DNA of 64,000 nucleotides from Escherichia coli (GTDB lineage Bacteria; Pseudomonadota; Gammaproteobacteria; Enterobacterales; Enterobacteriaceae): NCBI RefSeq assembly GCF_024223415.1, contig NZ_CP100500.1; one strand, 5' to 3'. Shown piece by piece: positions 10,903 to 22,375 of this stretch (position 1 is its first letter; each line of letters starts with the position of its first letter). The notes under the pieces were generated by a model. It saw only the letters and a program-made list of their open reading frames with translations, ran no database searches and was not told where the DNA came from. The position numbers and the translations under genes were made by a program.

Positions 10903-11622
10903 TTACTGCATGGTTGCCTTAATACGCGGAGTTAATGCGCCGTAATCATTGATCGTCTGAAAACTGATATCCCCGGTGGCAGCATGCGGGATATCCACCG
11001 ATACTTCACCTTTTGGCGGCACCATGGTGTTTGGGAGATTGCTATTTCCTGCTTTCATATTTGTTACGGTAATGAAGTAGGGCGTTGGATTAATAAGAGT
11101 GAGTTTGCTACCGCTGCGACGAAACCGAAGCATTGCAGGCGCTTCTTCAGGTGCCATTGCCAGGTTCGTGGGGCGATAAAACATTTTTATGCGGCTAATA
11201 ATTGCCAGCTGTAATGTATTCTCATTCTTCTGGTCTTTTTCCATAGCAGGAATAGCTTTAACATTCACCCAGAACAGGCTTTCACGGTCGCCTGGTAACT
11301 GATGATTAGTGGCGTTGATTATCCGCAGCGTATTCTCTTTTTTACCTTGCATGGAAAAAAGCGGTGGGGTAATGACAAACTGGGTGTCTTTTTGGTCACC
11401 TGCATTTTCTATCCATGACTGAATGAGATAGACACTGGCAGGATCATTATTCGTGACAGGCAATAAAACCTGTTTCTGGTTTGCCGGATAAATTACCCGC
11501 GTCGCACCCAGTGCGACAGCTGCGTTGGCAACGGTGCTATGGCAAGCAAAGAGCAATAAAAGTAACACTGTCGCCATAAAGGAAATAGAGTAGGGGGTAC
11601 GCGTAGTTTGCATCTGATGCAT
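10903..11622 (-). CDS. periplasmic fimbrial chaperone, PapD/FimC family (about 239 aa)
   Basis: Signal peptide and size typical of pilus chaperones; between major subunit and usher. Confidence 0.85.
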   Translation of the reverse strand: MHQMQTTRTPYSISFMATVLLLLLFACHSTVANAAVALGATRVIYPANQKQVLLPVTNNDPASVYLIQSWIENAGDQKDTQFVITPPLFSMQGKKENTLRIINATNHQLPGDRESLFWVNVKAIPAMEKDQKNENTLQLAIISRIKMFYRPTNLAMAPEEAPAMLRFRRSGSKLTLINPTPYFITVTNMKAGNSNLPNTMVPPKGEVSVDIPHAATGDISFQTINDYGALTPRIKATMQ

Positions 11623-11903
11623 TCTCCATGTGTTAAGAGGATAAGCGGGAAAACCGTTACATCAGACAATCGGTAAATGTTGCTAATACATTGGCGAGTC
11701 GCCGGGTTTCCAGACTTAATGCGTTTGTAATAAATGTTGGTTCTCTTTTAATAGGAAAACCTTGCTAAAAAGTAAATATTTTTAATAACAGTAAGTTTAA
11801 CTACTATTGTTTATTGATAGTTTAGATATTATGTGATTTTTCATAGCGCTCCAAATACAAACCACTCCTCATTAATAATGAGATTCACATTGGTGAATTG
11901 CTC

Positions 11904-11932
11904 GGGTGTGTGTAGCCATGCCACACACACCC
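11904..11932 (-). other. perfect 10-bp-stem hairpin in the major-subunit/chaperone intercistronic region (possible attenuator or mRNA stabiliser)
   Basis: gggtgtgtgt-agccatgcc-acacacaccc seen directly; lies 42 nt downstream of the major-subunit stop on the transcribed strand. Confidence 0.45.
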
Positions 11933-11973
11933 TGTTTCAATTTCAGATGACGTATAGCCACCTTAAGATTGAA

Positions 11974-12537
11974 TTATAGATATTGAACTTTGAAGGTCGC
12001 ATCTGCGTTTGCAGTACCAGCTACGGACTGCCCGAGTGCAATATAACGAGCCTGGAACGGCAGTATATTCGTGCCATCAATCAAGTCAGTTTTAGCGCTA
12101 AAAGTGGCACCATCAAGTATTAATACCTCACCCGTACGGTCCAAAATTTGGATACCGACATTTTGGGCAGAGCCTGCCGCTGAACTCTGCAGCGCTAACG
12201 TATCGTCATTACTGGTGACAGTAGTACCCAGGAATGCAACAGCTGCATTATTGGAAACATTGGTATCACAATCATTCAGCTTGATATTGAAGCCAACGGC
12301 GGAGCTGAGGTCACCCGCTTTAGCCAGGCGAGAAGAACGAACCTGACCCAGCTCAACCGTTTGGTTCATTGATTCGGAATCAATCGCACAAGCGGCATTT
12401 ACCACTTCACCTTTAAAATGAATAACACCGCCATTAACAGTGGTCGTTACTGATTCATCACCCTCGGCTGCGCTTACCGCAGCAGACGACATCGCCAACA
12501 CAGAAACGACAATCATACCAACATGTTTGAGTTTCAT
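11974..12537 (-). CDS. major fimbrial subunit, FimA-like (187 aa)
   Basis: Start placed at internal ATG 12537 ([23 protein letters not shown]…); type 1 pilin-like; first gene of operon. Confidence 0.8.
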   Translation of the reverse strand: MKLKHVGMIVVSVLAMSSAAVSAAEGDESVTTTVNGGVIHFKGEVVNAACAIDSESMNQTVELGQVRSSRLAKAGDLSSAVGFNIKLNDCDTNVSNNAAVAFLGTTVTSNDDTLALQSSAAGSAQNVGIQILDRTGEVLILDGATFSAKTDLIDGTNILPFQARYIALGQSVAGTANADATFKVQYL

Positions 12538-12970
12538 AATTCTCCAAAATTTATATTTAAGTAGCTGAATAAAGAGAGTTAACAATTAAGTCATTCTGTT
12601 ATTGCTTATAAAACAAGAATCATTCTTGATTGGTTGTTGCCCTGAGAATATAGTTTCCAGGGTTATTACATTTCACGAAGAACGATGATATCTTTAAATC
12701 ACAAGGACACCTAATCACAACAAGTTTATTGCTGCACTTGTTGAAGAGAGTATTTGCAAAAACATTTTATGTCGCTAAATAACATGACGATTTCATTATG
12801 CATGTTATTTATAAACCGTGACTAAACAGAATATTATTGCGAACAAGGGAAGTGTCAGGAAAGGTCAAGGGCTACTAATGGTTTATATGGCTATAAATCA
12901 TTAGCTATAGTTAATGTTTGCCTGATGTAACTAACACCGAATTGCTCTAAACAGATAAGTGCAGGGTTTA

Positions 12971-13225
12971 TTAAAGCTGACCGACAGACTTTCTTAACCT
13001 GGTAATATCTCTCTTAGGTGACTCTCCAAACATCCGCAAATATTCCCGGCTGAAATGGGATAAGCTTTCGTAACCGACAGCATAGGCTGCTGTGGTGACA
13101 TCGTAATGTTCATTCAGCATCGTTCGCCTGACTTCATTGAGACGTAGCCATTTCTGATACCGGAGTGGACTCATTCCCGCAAGCTGCCTGAAGTGTTGAT
13201 GGAAAGAGGGCGTGCTCATTTGCAC
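12971..13225 (-). pseudogene. yneL: AraC-family regulator remnant (C-terminal HTH only)
   Basis: 84-aa ORF is only an AraC-type HTH domain; less than 300 bp of non-coding DNA separates it from the hipA stop, so the N-terminal domain is missing. Confidence 0.6.
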
Positions 13226-13510
13226 GCGGTTTACCAGCTTGAGTCTTCAACGCTGGGAAGATGCGGCAAACGGCAAATCTGCATACCAGCCAGCCTATAT
13301 CCGGCATGCACAGGCCAATTATGAAAGAGGAGAGGCTTAAGTTCTGGAACCCTGAACGAATAACGACTACCGGAAAATCACTTCGTATCACTCAGATGCG
13401 ATTTAACATAATATACATTATGCGCACCAATATAAACCAAGGGAGAATCTAGTCGTTGGCGGTCATGATTGTCCTGCTCATTAACAACGACCAAACCCCA
13501 TATCTTACTC

Positions 13511-14833
13511 TTACTTAATACCGTATTCTCGGCTTAACCGACCGTGCAACCTCAACACATTGGTTTCAACTGCCGTCACCACGTTCTCTGGAAAATCTGT
13601 TGGTAATGAAGTCTTCACGTTATCCAGTACTGCCGGAATCATTCTGGCAAAGTCACTCAGGATTTCATGCATCTGCACTTCCGGGAATCTCAGCACCTTT
13701 GCTGTCGCCAAAAAATGTCGCGGATAAATTTTATCGATTGCCGTTTTTTTGCCTTTGGATGCGTTAAGCCCCATTGCCAGTTTGAGATCGCTGATGTGTA
13801 TTCCCGCGCCACCCAATACCGGAAATGCTGAAATGATGTCGTAAAATGGCGTGAGTCGATAACTGCCGCCAGCCTGAATAAATACGGAGAAGTTTTTTGC
13901 ATGGCCATCCGTTGCGCCAATCAACCACTGAAAGACCTGGAATTTCATAAAATCATACCGATCTTTCAGCGCCTCGCTGGACCCCATCAAAAAAGCCATG
14001 ATTCGCGCGATGCCTGGGCCTCCATCTGATTCATATTTCACCGATGAAGGTAAACCGAATGTCTGACACATATCCTCCTGTGGCAAGCGAAGTAAAACCG
14101 TTCGCTCAGTATTCCAACGCCTGTCAAAACGTTCGACCGCTAACGCGCGCACATTTCCCGCTTTAATGATTTCTGCGTCCGGAACATTCAACCCAAGTTC
14201 TTTCGCCAGCAGCAGACAGTAATACTCATTATCAACGCTTTGGCTGAGATCGAGCGTCGCATTGGGCTGCCTGATTTCCCCAATCGGTAATTTAATGATG
14301 TGCGTCGTCGGCGTTATTCCTTTCGGAATGCACCAGTCATTGCCTATTCTGAGCAGAGCTGTCTTCTCCTGTGCGCCAGCAACCGAGATGCGAAAGTCAT
14401 TTTCTTCTCTAATCATGCCTAGCGGGATATCTGCTTTATAAGCCGTTAATACTTCTTCAAGTCTGGCTTCAGTAAGCTTTTCCCATGCCATTATCGGACG
14501 CGTTACGGTTTCGTCTTCGGGTATTAACGTCACGGCACCAACGCTGTCTCGCCCTATTTCTGACAATAAATCAAACGGTTGTCTGGATTTGGCATGATAA
14601 CGTTTAACGATCCGGTCACGTACAATCGGGCTATCGGGTAACAAGTTATCGAAGAAGTTAAATACGGCATCAGAGGTGATATTCCCCCTCTGCAATGGCA
14701 GCGAAAGTGACAACGGTCTGGCATAACGGCTGGCTAACCACTCCGGTGCATACTTAAAGGTGTGCGCGCCGTTGGCTAACTTCGTTAACTCGCCTACCCG
14801 CTGGTTGTTCATCCAAGTGACTAGTTTGGGCAT
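13511..14833 (-). CDS. hipA: HipA serine/threonine kinase toxin (440 aa)
   Basis: Translation MPKLVTWMNNQRVGELTKLANGAHTFKYAPEW… matches recalled HipA; start overlaps hipB stop. Confidence 0.95.
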   Translation of the reverse strand: MPKLVTWMNNQRVGELTKLANGAHTFKYAPEWLASRYARPLSLSLPLQRGNITSDAVFNFFDNLLPDSPIVRDRIVKRYHAKSRQPFDLLSEIGRDSVGAVTLIPEDETVTRPIMAWEKLTEARLEEVLTAYKADIPLGMIREENDFRISVAGAQEKTALLRIGNDWCIPKGITPTTHIIKLPIGEIRQPNATLDLSQSVDNEYYCLLLAKELGLNVPDAEIIKAGNVRALAVERFDRRWNTERTVLLRLPQEDMCQTFGLPSSVKYESDGGPGIARIMAFLMGSSEALKDRYDFMKFQVFQWLIGATDGHAKNFSVFIQAGGSYRLTPFYDIISAFPVLGGAGIHISDLKLAMGLNASKGKKTAIDKIYPRHFLATAKVLRFPEVQMHEILSDFARMIPAVLDNVKTSLPTDFPENVVTAVETNVLRLHGRLSREYGIK

Positions 14834-15099
14834 TACCACTCCAGATCTTGCTTTTCTGTTGATTCTGGCGAGGCATTTTTCGTGTCGCATAGCGTCATTG
14901 AGAGTTCAAGCGACTGTAAAATCTTAAAAAATGTCGTGAGCGAGGTATTGTCAGGGTTGTTTTCGAAATTGGAAATCGTCGCCTGCTTAATGCCGATTTT
15001 TTTCGCCAGCTCGCTCTGCGTCCAGCCATTTTGCTGGCGAACCAGTTTCATTGCATTCGCTAATTGCGTTGGGCTATAGATCTTCTGAAAGCTCATCAT
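14833..15099 (-). CDS. hipB: HipB antitoxin, Xre-type HTH repressor (88 aa)
   Basis: MMSFQKIYSPTQLANAMKLVRQQNGWTQSELAKKIG…; Cro/C1-type HTH; 1-nt overlap with hipA. Confidence 0.95.
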   Translation of the reverse strand: MMSFQKIYSPTQLANAMKLVRQQNGWTQSELAKKIGIKQATISNFENNPDNTSLTTFFKILQSLELSMTLCDTKNASPESTEKQDLEW

Positions 15100-15120
15100 G
15101 TCATACGTCCACAGCAAATT

Positions 15121-15234
15121 TATCCGCTTAAGAGGATATTATCAGTTTTATCCTTTAGTGAGGATAAAGTCAATCTGGAAACACATCTTATCCGCTGTAC
15201 GGGATAAACGCTGCGATATCCGCGATCGCGGATA
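15121..15234. promoter_or_regulatory. hipBA promoter with four HipB operator palindromes
   Basis: Four TATCC-N8-GGATA palindromes at 15121..15138, 15149..15166, 15189..15206 and 15217..15234. Confidence 0.85.
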
Positions 15235-15309
15235 AAAGGGAGGCTTTAAAAGCCTTTTGAAGTTGGCAATATTAAGCCGCATGCCATCTCGACATGCGGC
15301 TTATACGGT

Positions 15310-17453
15310 TTACCAGCTATATTTCACTCCCAGCATGCCCTGAGTATCGCTATAGCCTTTATCACCTAGTTGCACACCGACATTCCCCCACAGGCTAAGG
15401 TTGTTATTTACTTTCGCCTCAACCCCGGTACGTACTTCACCGAGATTACGCGCACCATCACGGCTTACGGTTTGACCATTCATCTTCACGGCGTAGACTT
15501 TGCTATTGTTGATCCAGTTCGCTTCAATGTAAGGCTGGAACTCACGCTGTTTACCATCGTCACGCTGGTGATGGCTAATCAGGTAGGTTTTCACCCCAAG
15601 TCGCGTTTGCACGTTTCCGTTGCCTTCCGTTTCAATGCGCGTTCCGTCTTTCCGGGCATGGTCAGAATCTTTCACACCCATCCAGGTGATTTGCGCCTGT
15701 GGCTGGACGTACCAGGTATTCAGCGTCCCTTCGCTGCCGCTAAATGTTCCCGCTTCAAAGGTATACCCACCCTCAACAGAGGCCGTCACACCGCGAGAAT
15801 CATAGTCGTCAGCAGAACGGTTATCGGAACTGACGCTGTTATCAAACCAGTTATACAGCGCCCAGCTGTCAACATAAGCGCCGGTCTTATTCGCATCGTT
15901 CTGATACCAGGTCGCGTACAGCCCAGCGCTGTAACCGCTGATGCGCCCATCCGATTTATAACCCACACGATTACTCTGAGTATTACTGTGCTGATTGGCG
16001 TAGCCTGCCATCACGCCAAGATGCCAGCGATCCTGCGCGTTGCTACTCCACTGCGCCAAATCGCCGCCTAGCTGCAATACATAGCGGTTAGCCTGAGTAT
16101 TTAGCTGGCCGTCTCCGGCACTGGAACGTTCGTGCCCCCCGACATGACGCATCCACATACTGCTTGCTGAACCCTGAGAATGCAGTGAATCTGTATATTG
16201 CGGCTCACCCAGACGGTCGTGTAAGCGATGGCTAAACAGCGAGTTGGCTGCGGCAATGTTGCTGATATAGCTTCCGGCCTCCGGGCGATAAACTGATGGG
16301 TAATGTTGCCTGTGCCTGTTTCTTTCATTCCCGCAGTGATAATTCCCGAATCTACTTTGCCTTCACGCGAGACATTAAGTTCACCGTCGCCAGCATCACC
16401 GATATAGATATAGCGGAAAGCTTCGCCCGTTCCGAGGAAATCCCAATGCCCTTTATCGGTCACGTTGACGACACCGTGGGAACCGTCCTGAACGCCCACC
16501 AATGAATATTCTTTGTTATTAATTAGTCCATTATTGGAAATATTGACTGCGCCATTACCGAAATATCCATTATAGAGTCTGCGTACCGTGATGACAGAGT
16601 CTTGATCCTGCACATTCAGGGTTCCGACACCGGTGGCATTGCCACCGATAATCGTATTTTCAGCCGTAATCAGCCCACCCTCGCGAATAGTCGCCTCCCC
16701 AGTTCCTTGATTACCAATTTGAAATTCAATTGAGGAATCATTATTTTTTATTAGCCACTCGCCACCCTTTTCAACGACAACCTTACCATTACTGTTCGCT
16801 TGATATCCTAAAATGGCGACTATTGAACTCGTGACGTAACCCTTATCCGTAATATTTAATGAGCCCGTACCGTAACTCCCTATTTCGAATAATTCGGTCG
16901 TCAAAACCGAGTCCTCTCCTTCAACATTAACCGTCCCGACGCCTGCAGCTTGAGTACCTAATCTTAAATAGCCTCCATCGACGTGACCCTTCTGTTTAAT
17001 ATTCAGCGTCCCCGTTCCGGATTGACCCACATTTAAAGGCCTTGCATTATTTCCGCTATCATACAATCGCCAGGTGCCACCCAAAACATTAACGGTACCC
17101 TCCGAATCCTCATTACCGCCAATGACGCTGGTAGTAATAGTGGTTAAGGAGGCATTACCGCCAGCCAAAATATTAAGCACTCCAGTGCCATACCAGCCAA
17201 CCAGGTAGGCATCATAAGCAACATCAGTATCAATATTGGTAATCTGACCATTATCAACTTCCAGACTCGCACCAGACACTGAACCGCTTAGTGCCAGCAA
17301 AACACCCAGCGTCAATCTACTGAATTTCGTTGTCAGTCCAGAGGATTTTCGCAAATTAACCGTTGATGTTTTACCTACCCTGCGAGTTAATTCCGAGCAG
17401 GCCTGAAATACCTGTAGAGTGCAATTCCATATCACGCGATAGATTCTATTCAT
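15310..17453 (-). pseudogene. yneO: autotransporter adhesin split by a single frameshift
   Basis: 450-aa N-terminal ORF (signal peptide, repetitive Gly-rich passenger) and 282-aa C-terminal ORF (beta-barrel ending …GVKYSW) in different frames; both open across 16101..16362; total span not divisible by 3. Confidence 0.75.
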
Positions 17454-17917
17454 ATAAACGCTCCATATACAAACAATACAGCCACGAAAGAGATGAGTCG
17501 CCAGACATTAAAAATGAAACTTATTAAATTGTCAGAGGTCTGTATTGAGTGTTAGTTGGAGGTGGGAAGGTGTCAATTTGGCTAATTTGCTAATGCTTTC
17601 GAATTGATAGATTAAAAATTGCATAGTTCTTATTTTATTTAAAAATGAACTATGAGTTATTGTTGCTTAATAAGAAAACTGTTTCTTTCAATAGGAAAAT
17701 TATCATCATCATATTTAACAAAGAATAGCACTAATTGCTAAAAATCGAAGTTTATTAAACCCCTTTTTCATCCATTAATGCCTTTAGGAATATTCGCTAT
17801 AAAATAAGGGTTATGCTTAATGCTTTAAGAAAAATAGCAATTTTCCCTTGAATATAGTACTGGTGATGAAACGATGAATCTGCAAGCTGGCATTTAACAA
17901 GCCAGTTCTAAAAACAA

Positions 17918-17958
17918 TACTTAAAAACTAACAGCCACGGTCATCATGATGTGGCTGT
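17918..17958 (-). terminator. putative intrinsic terminator downstream of lsrK
   Basis: Stem acagccac/gtggctgt 9 nt after the lsrK stop, followed by a U-run on the minus strand. Confidence 0.45.
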
Positions 17959-17966
17959 CAATGAAA

Positions 17967-19559
17967 CTATAACCCAGGCGCTTTCCATAACGACGTCGTC
18001 AGTCCATGATCAACCAGCCCCAGCTGATCCTGATAAACCGCCTGCCACTTATCGCGTGAATCCTGATAAAGTTCATGCTTTTCCGGGTCTGGTGTGTGCG
18101 TCCGTTCCCAGCGAACCAGGCGTTCTCCGGTTTCTGCCATTGATGAAAAAATTCCGGCACCGACGCCAGCTGCAATGGCACATCCTAATGCAGTGGCTTC
18201 TTTGACCACCGGAATATTGACGGGTAATCCCGAGACATCAGCGAGAATTTGACTCCATAATTTCCCTTTTGAACCTCCGCCTGCAAAGACTAACGATGAA
18301 GGATGAATATTCGAAAAATCAGCAATTTGCTGCAAGTTACACGCTGATACAATCGCCGCATTTTCTTCCAGCGCACGGAACAATGTCGCTTTGTTACATT
18401 TATCCGGGTCAATGGACAAATTAATAAAGGAAGGCGCAGCGTGATACCAGGTTTTAAAGCGCATTCTGTCGGAGAAGATCGGCATTACGCCCCACGACCC
18501 AGGCGGCACCCGACTGGCCATCTCTTCCAGCAGCGTATAGGTGTCGATGCCTAAACGTTCGGCAATCAGTTTTTCTTCGGCACAGAAAGCATCGCGGAAC
18601 CAGCGCATGGTGAGTCCGGTAAAAAAGCTTATAGATTCAGCTTGTACCATGCCAGGAATAACATGAGGATTAACGCGCACGTTCATTTCTGGGTCTGTCA
18701 CCGGCGCGGCTAAATTTACAACTTGCTGCCAGAATGTGCCGCCAAGAACCGCGGTTTGTGCCGGACGCACAACGCCTAACCCCAGGCAACCAAGCTGCAC
18801 GTCGCCTCCTCCAACGACCACCGGAGTGCCCACCTTCAGACCGCAGAGTTCCGCCGCTTGTGAACTTACCACGCCCAGCAATGTGCCGGTTTCTTTGACA
18901 GGAGAAAGAATATCGGCACGCAGGCCAGCCATATCCAGCAATGCAGGTTTCCAGTCACGGATGGTTAGATCAAGAAGTCCCGTGGTGCCAGCGTTAGAGG
19001 GATCCACCGCAAGTTCGCCGCTGAGCATATAGGCCAGCCAGTCGCTGATCATGGTGATGGTTGATGCCTGACGGTAAATATCGGAACGATGGTGCGCCAG
19101 CCAAAGTAATCTGGGGATGGCACTTAAAGCCAGTGTTTGTCCGGTCGCGCGATAAACTTCGTTTTCAAAGGTATTGTTGTGCAGTTCTTTAAGTTCGCTA
19201 ACTTCGCGCGCCGCTCTGGCATCCACATTGGCGCAGGCCCAGATCGGTGTTCCTTCATTGTTATATAAAACAATGCCTTCACGCATCGAACATGCCGAAA
19301 CGGCAGCGATATACTCCGGGGCTATGCCGGCGTTGTGCAACGCCTGGCGCATACACTCACACGCCAGTTGCCAGTTTTTGTTGAGATCAAATTCCATAGA
19401 ACCAGGAACGTCCGGTACTGCCAGATGCCGCCACTCCGCCTGTCCCACTGCTATTTGATTGCCTTCCAGGTCGAATATCACAGCCCGAATACTTCCGGTG
19501 CCTGCATCCAGCGCCATCAGGTAGTTCTTTGATTCTGAAGGGGTAAAGAGTCGAGCCAT
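17967..19559 (-). CDS. lsrK: autoinducer-2 kinase, FGGY family (530 aa)
   Basis: 530-aa FGGY carbohydrate kinase; adjacent to lsrR and divergent from lsrACDBFG. Confidence 0.95.
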   Translation of the reverse strand: MARLFTPSESKNYLMALDAGTGSIRAVIFDLEGNQIAVGQAEWRHLAVPDVPGSMEFDLNKNWQLACECMRQALHNAGIAPEYIAAVSACSMREGIVLYNNEGTPIWACANVDARAAREVSELKELHNNTFENEVYRATGQTLALSAIPRLLWLAHHRSDIYRQASTITMISDWLAYMLSGELAVDPSNAGTTGLLDLTIRDWKPALLDMAGLRADILSPVKETGTLLGVVSSQAAELCGLKVGTPVVVGGGDVQLGCLGLGVVRPAQTAVLGGTFWQQVVNLAAPVTDPEMNVRVNPHVIPGMVQAESISFFTGLTMRWFRDAFCAEEKLIAERLGIDTYTLLEEMASRVPPGSWGVMPIFSDRMRFKTWYHAAPSFINLSIDPDKCNKATLFRALEENAAIVSACNLQQIADFSNIHPSSLVFAGGGSKGKLWSQILADVSGLPVNIPVVKEATALGCAIAAGVGAGIFSSMAETGERLVRWERTHTPDPEKHELYQDSRDKWQAVYQDQLGLVDHGLTTSLWKAPGL

Positions 19560-19637
19560 TAGATTATCCTCGGCTTATGCGTTCTGTCTGTTCCTCTATA
19601 CGTTCTCCATCATTCCCGGTAATAAGGTCATGCAAAT

Positions 19638-20591
19638 TTAACTACGTAAAATCGCCGCTGCTGTGTCCTGATCGGTAACCAGTGCGTTGATATAACCGCC
19701 TTTCATTGCAGCGGCAATTGCTTCGGCTTTATTTTCTCCCCCTGCCACGCCAACCCGGACGGGTATGGTCTTCAGCGCGCTTAAAGGTAAGCCAATCAGT
19801 TCGTTATGTATTTTGATATCCGTGACAACGTCACCTTTTGCATCAAAAAAGTAGCCTAAAATGTCGCCAACCGCCCCTTTTCGGCCAATCATTAACTGTT
19901 CGCCCTGGCTGATATAACCGGAGCGAATGATCGTCGCGTCGTCTTGTTGACTCACGGCCCCAATGCCGACAATCGCCACATCCGCTGCTTGCGCGGCTAA
20001 CAGAACATCTTTGACGCAATTTTCATTTTTTAGCGTACGGGCAATGTCAGCGGAGGATGCCCGCAACGGAGCCGGAATAATATTCACACTGCACGCCGCA
20101 TTAAGCTGTCCGATACCCGTCATATAAGAACCGACGCCACCGGAGAGCGTGACCAGGCGAATTTGCTGTGACGAAATAAAACCACTTAAGCGTTGCAGCG
20201 TATTCATGGTTGCCTCGCCAAAACCAATCGCCAGCATCTGTTGTGGTTGAAGTAAACTCATCAACATATGCGCCGCACCTATCCCTAGTCGCCCGCCGAC
20301 ATCAGCATCCGCAAGCCCAGGGATCACCCGGACATGTTGCAGCGAAAACTGACGACGTAATTGAGTTTCATATTCCAGACAGCCTTCAAAGCGAGAATTA
20401 ATCTGTACGCGAATAATGCCGGACTGATGCCCTTTCTCCAGTAATCGCGACACTTTCAAACGTGTCAGGCCGAGACGATCGCTGATCTCGCTCTGGGTCA
20501 GCCCGTCGTGATAGTAAAACCACGCGATCCGCGCGACCTGTTCTTCTTCACACATTCCCTGTTCTGAAATTACCGAATCGTTGATTGTCAT
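19638..20591 (-). CDS. lsrR: lsr operon transcriptional repressor, SorC family (317 aa)
   Basis: 317-aa ORF with N-terminal HTH and sugar-phosphate-binding domain; locus context. Confidence 0.95.
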   Translation of the reverse strand: MTINDSVISEQGMCEEEQVARIAWFYYHDGLTQSEISDRLGLTRLKVSRLLEKGHQSGIIRVQINSRFEGCLEYETQLRRQFSLQHVRVIPGLADADVGGRLGIGAAHMLMSLLQPQQMLAIGFGEATMNTLQRLSGFISSQQIRLVTLSGGVGSYMTGIGQLNAACSVNIIPAPLRASSADIARTLKNENCVKDVLLAAQAADVAIVGIGAVSQQDDATIIRSGYISQGEQLMIGRKGAVGDILGYFFDAKGDVVTDIKIHNELIGLPLSALKTIPVRVGVAGGENKAEAIAAAMKGGYINALVTDQDTAAAILRS

Positions 20592-20839
20592 AATTCATTC
20601 TTCACTTTGAACATATTTAAATCTTTAATGCAATTGTTCAGTTCTTGCGCATTTATATCTGTGATGGCAACCACAGTTTGACTCTACGAGCATGAACAAA
20701 CGCAACCGTGAAAATCAAAATAGCATAAATTGTGCTCTATTCGTCGGAAATATGTGCAATGTCCACCTAAGGTTATGAACAAATTAACAGCAGAAATACA
20801 TTTGTTCAAAACTCACCAGCAAAACTGAACGGGGGAAAT
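20592..20839. promoter_or_regulatory. divergent lsrR / lsrA promoter region
   Basis: 248-bp AT-rich intergenic region between divergently oriented lsrR and lsrA; individual binding sites not resolved by eye. Confidence 0.6.
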
Positions 20840-22375
20840 ATGCAAACGAGTGATACCCGCGCGTTACCGCTACTTTGCGCCCGCTCGGTTTATAAACAGT
20901 ATTCAGGGGTCAATGTCCTGAAAGGCATCGATTTTACGTTGCATCAGGGGGAGGTCCACGCCCTGCTCGGCGGCAATGGTGCCGGTAAATCGACGTTAAT
21001 GAAGATTATTGCCGGTATTACCCCTGCTGATAGCGGTACGCTGGAGATTGGGGGCAGCAACTACACCAGATTAACGCCAGTTCATGCTCATCAGCTGGGT
21101 ATTTATCTCGTTCCCCAGGAACCGCTGCTTTTCCCAAGCCTGTCGATAAAAGAAAACATCCTGTTTGGGCTGGCAAAAAAACAGCTCTCCATGCAGAAAA
21201 TGAAGAACTTGCTGGCGGCGCTGGGCTGCCAGTTTGATCTGCATAGTCTGGCAGGATCGCTGGATGTCGCCGATCGCCAAATGGTGGAAATCCTCCGCGG
21301 GCTGATGCGCGACTCGCGGATTCTGATCCTCGATGAACCTACCGCCTCGCTTACCCCTGCGGAAACCGAACGCTTGTTTAGTCGCTTGCAAGAGCTGCTT
21401 GCTACTGGCGTGGGTATTGTTTTTATCTCGCATAAGCTGCCGGAAATTCGCCAGATTGCCGATCGAATTAGCGTGATGCGCGACGGAACCATCGCCTTAA
21501 GCGGCAAAACCAGCGAACTGTCTACCGACGACATTATTCAGGCCATCACCCCAGCGGTACGGGAAAAATCGCTCTCTGCCAGCCAAAAATTATGGCTGGA
21601 GTTACCTGGCAACCGCCCACAACATGCCGCAGGAACGTCGGTGCTGACACTGGAAAATCTGACTGGCGAAGGTTTCAGGAATGTCAGCATGACGCTAAAT
21701 GCCGGAGAAATTCTGGGTCTGGCTGGGCTGGTGGGTGCCGGACGCACAGAACTGGCCGAGACGCTCTATGGTCTACGTACTTTGCGTGGCGGACGCATTA
21801 TGCTGAATGATAAAGAGATCAATAGATTCTCCACTGGAGAACGTTTACTGCGCGGTCTGGTTTATCTGCCGGAAGATCGCCAGTCATCCGGACTGAATCT
21901 CGATGCTTCGCTGGCCTGGAACGTCTGCGCCCTTACTCATAACCTTCGTGGATTCTGGGCGAAAACCGCGAAAGATAATGCCACCCTGGAACGTTATCGT
22001 CGGGCGCTGAATATTAAATATAACCAACCGGAACAAGCTGCACGGACATTATCCGGTGGTAACCAGCAAAAAATCCTCATTGCCAAATGTCTGGAAGCTT
22101 CGCCGCAAGTATTGATTGTCGATGAGCCGACGCGCGGCGTGGATGTCTCGGCCCGTAATGATATCTACCAGCTGTTACGCAGCATCGCCGCACAAAATGT
22201 GGCTGTGCTGCTTATCTCCTCCGACCTGGAAGAGATCGAACTGATGGCAGATCGTGTGTATGTGATGCATCAGGGCGAAATTACCCACTCTGCACTGACC
22301 GGGCGCGATATTAATGTCGAGACTATTATGCGCGTTGCCTTCGGCGATAGTCAGCGTCAGGAGGCGTCATGCTGA
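20840..22375 (+). CDS. lsrA: AI-2 ABC transporter ATP-binding protein, two ABC domains (511 aa)
   Basis: Walker [10 protein letters not shown] near N-terminus and a second ABC domain; 511 aa. Confidence 0.95.

Noticed and set aside
13134-13391. 85-aa ORF overlapping the AraC remnant in another frame
   Set aside because: Overlaps the HTH fragment out of frame, has no ribosome-binding site, and looks like degenerate remnant sequence.
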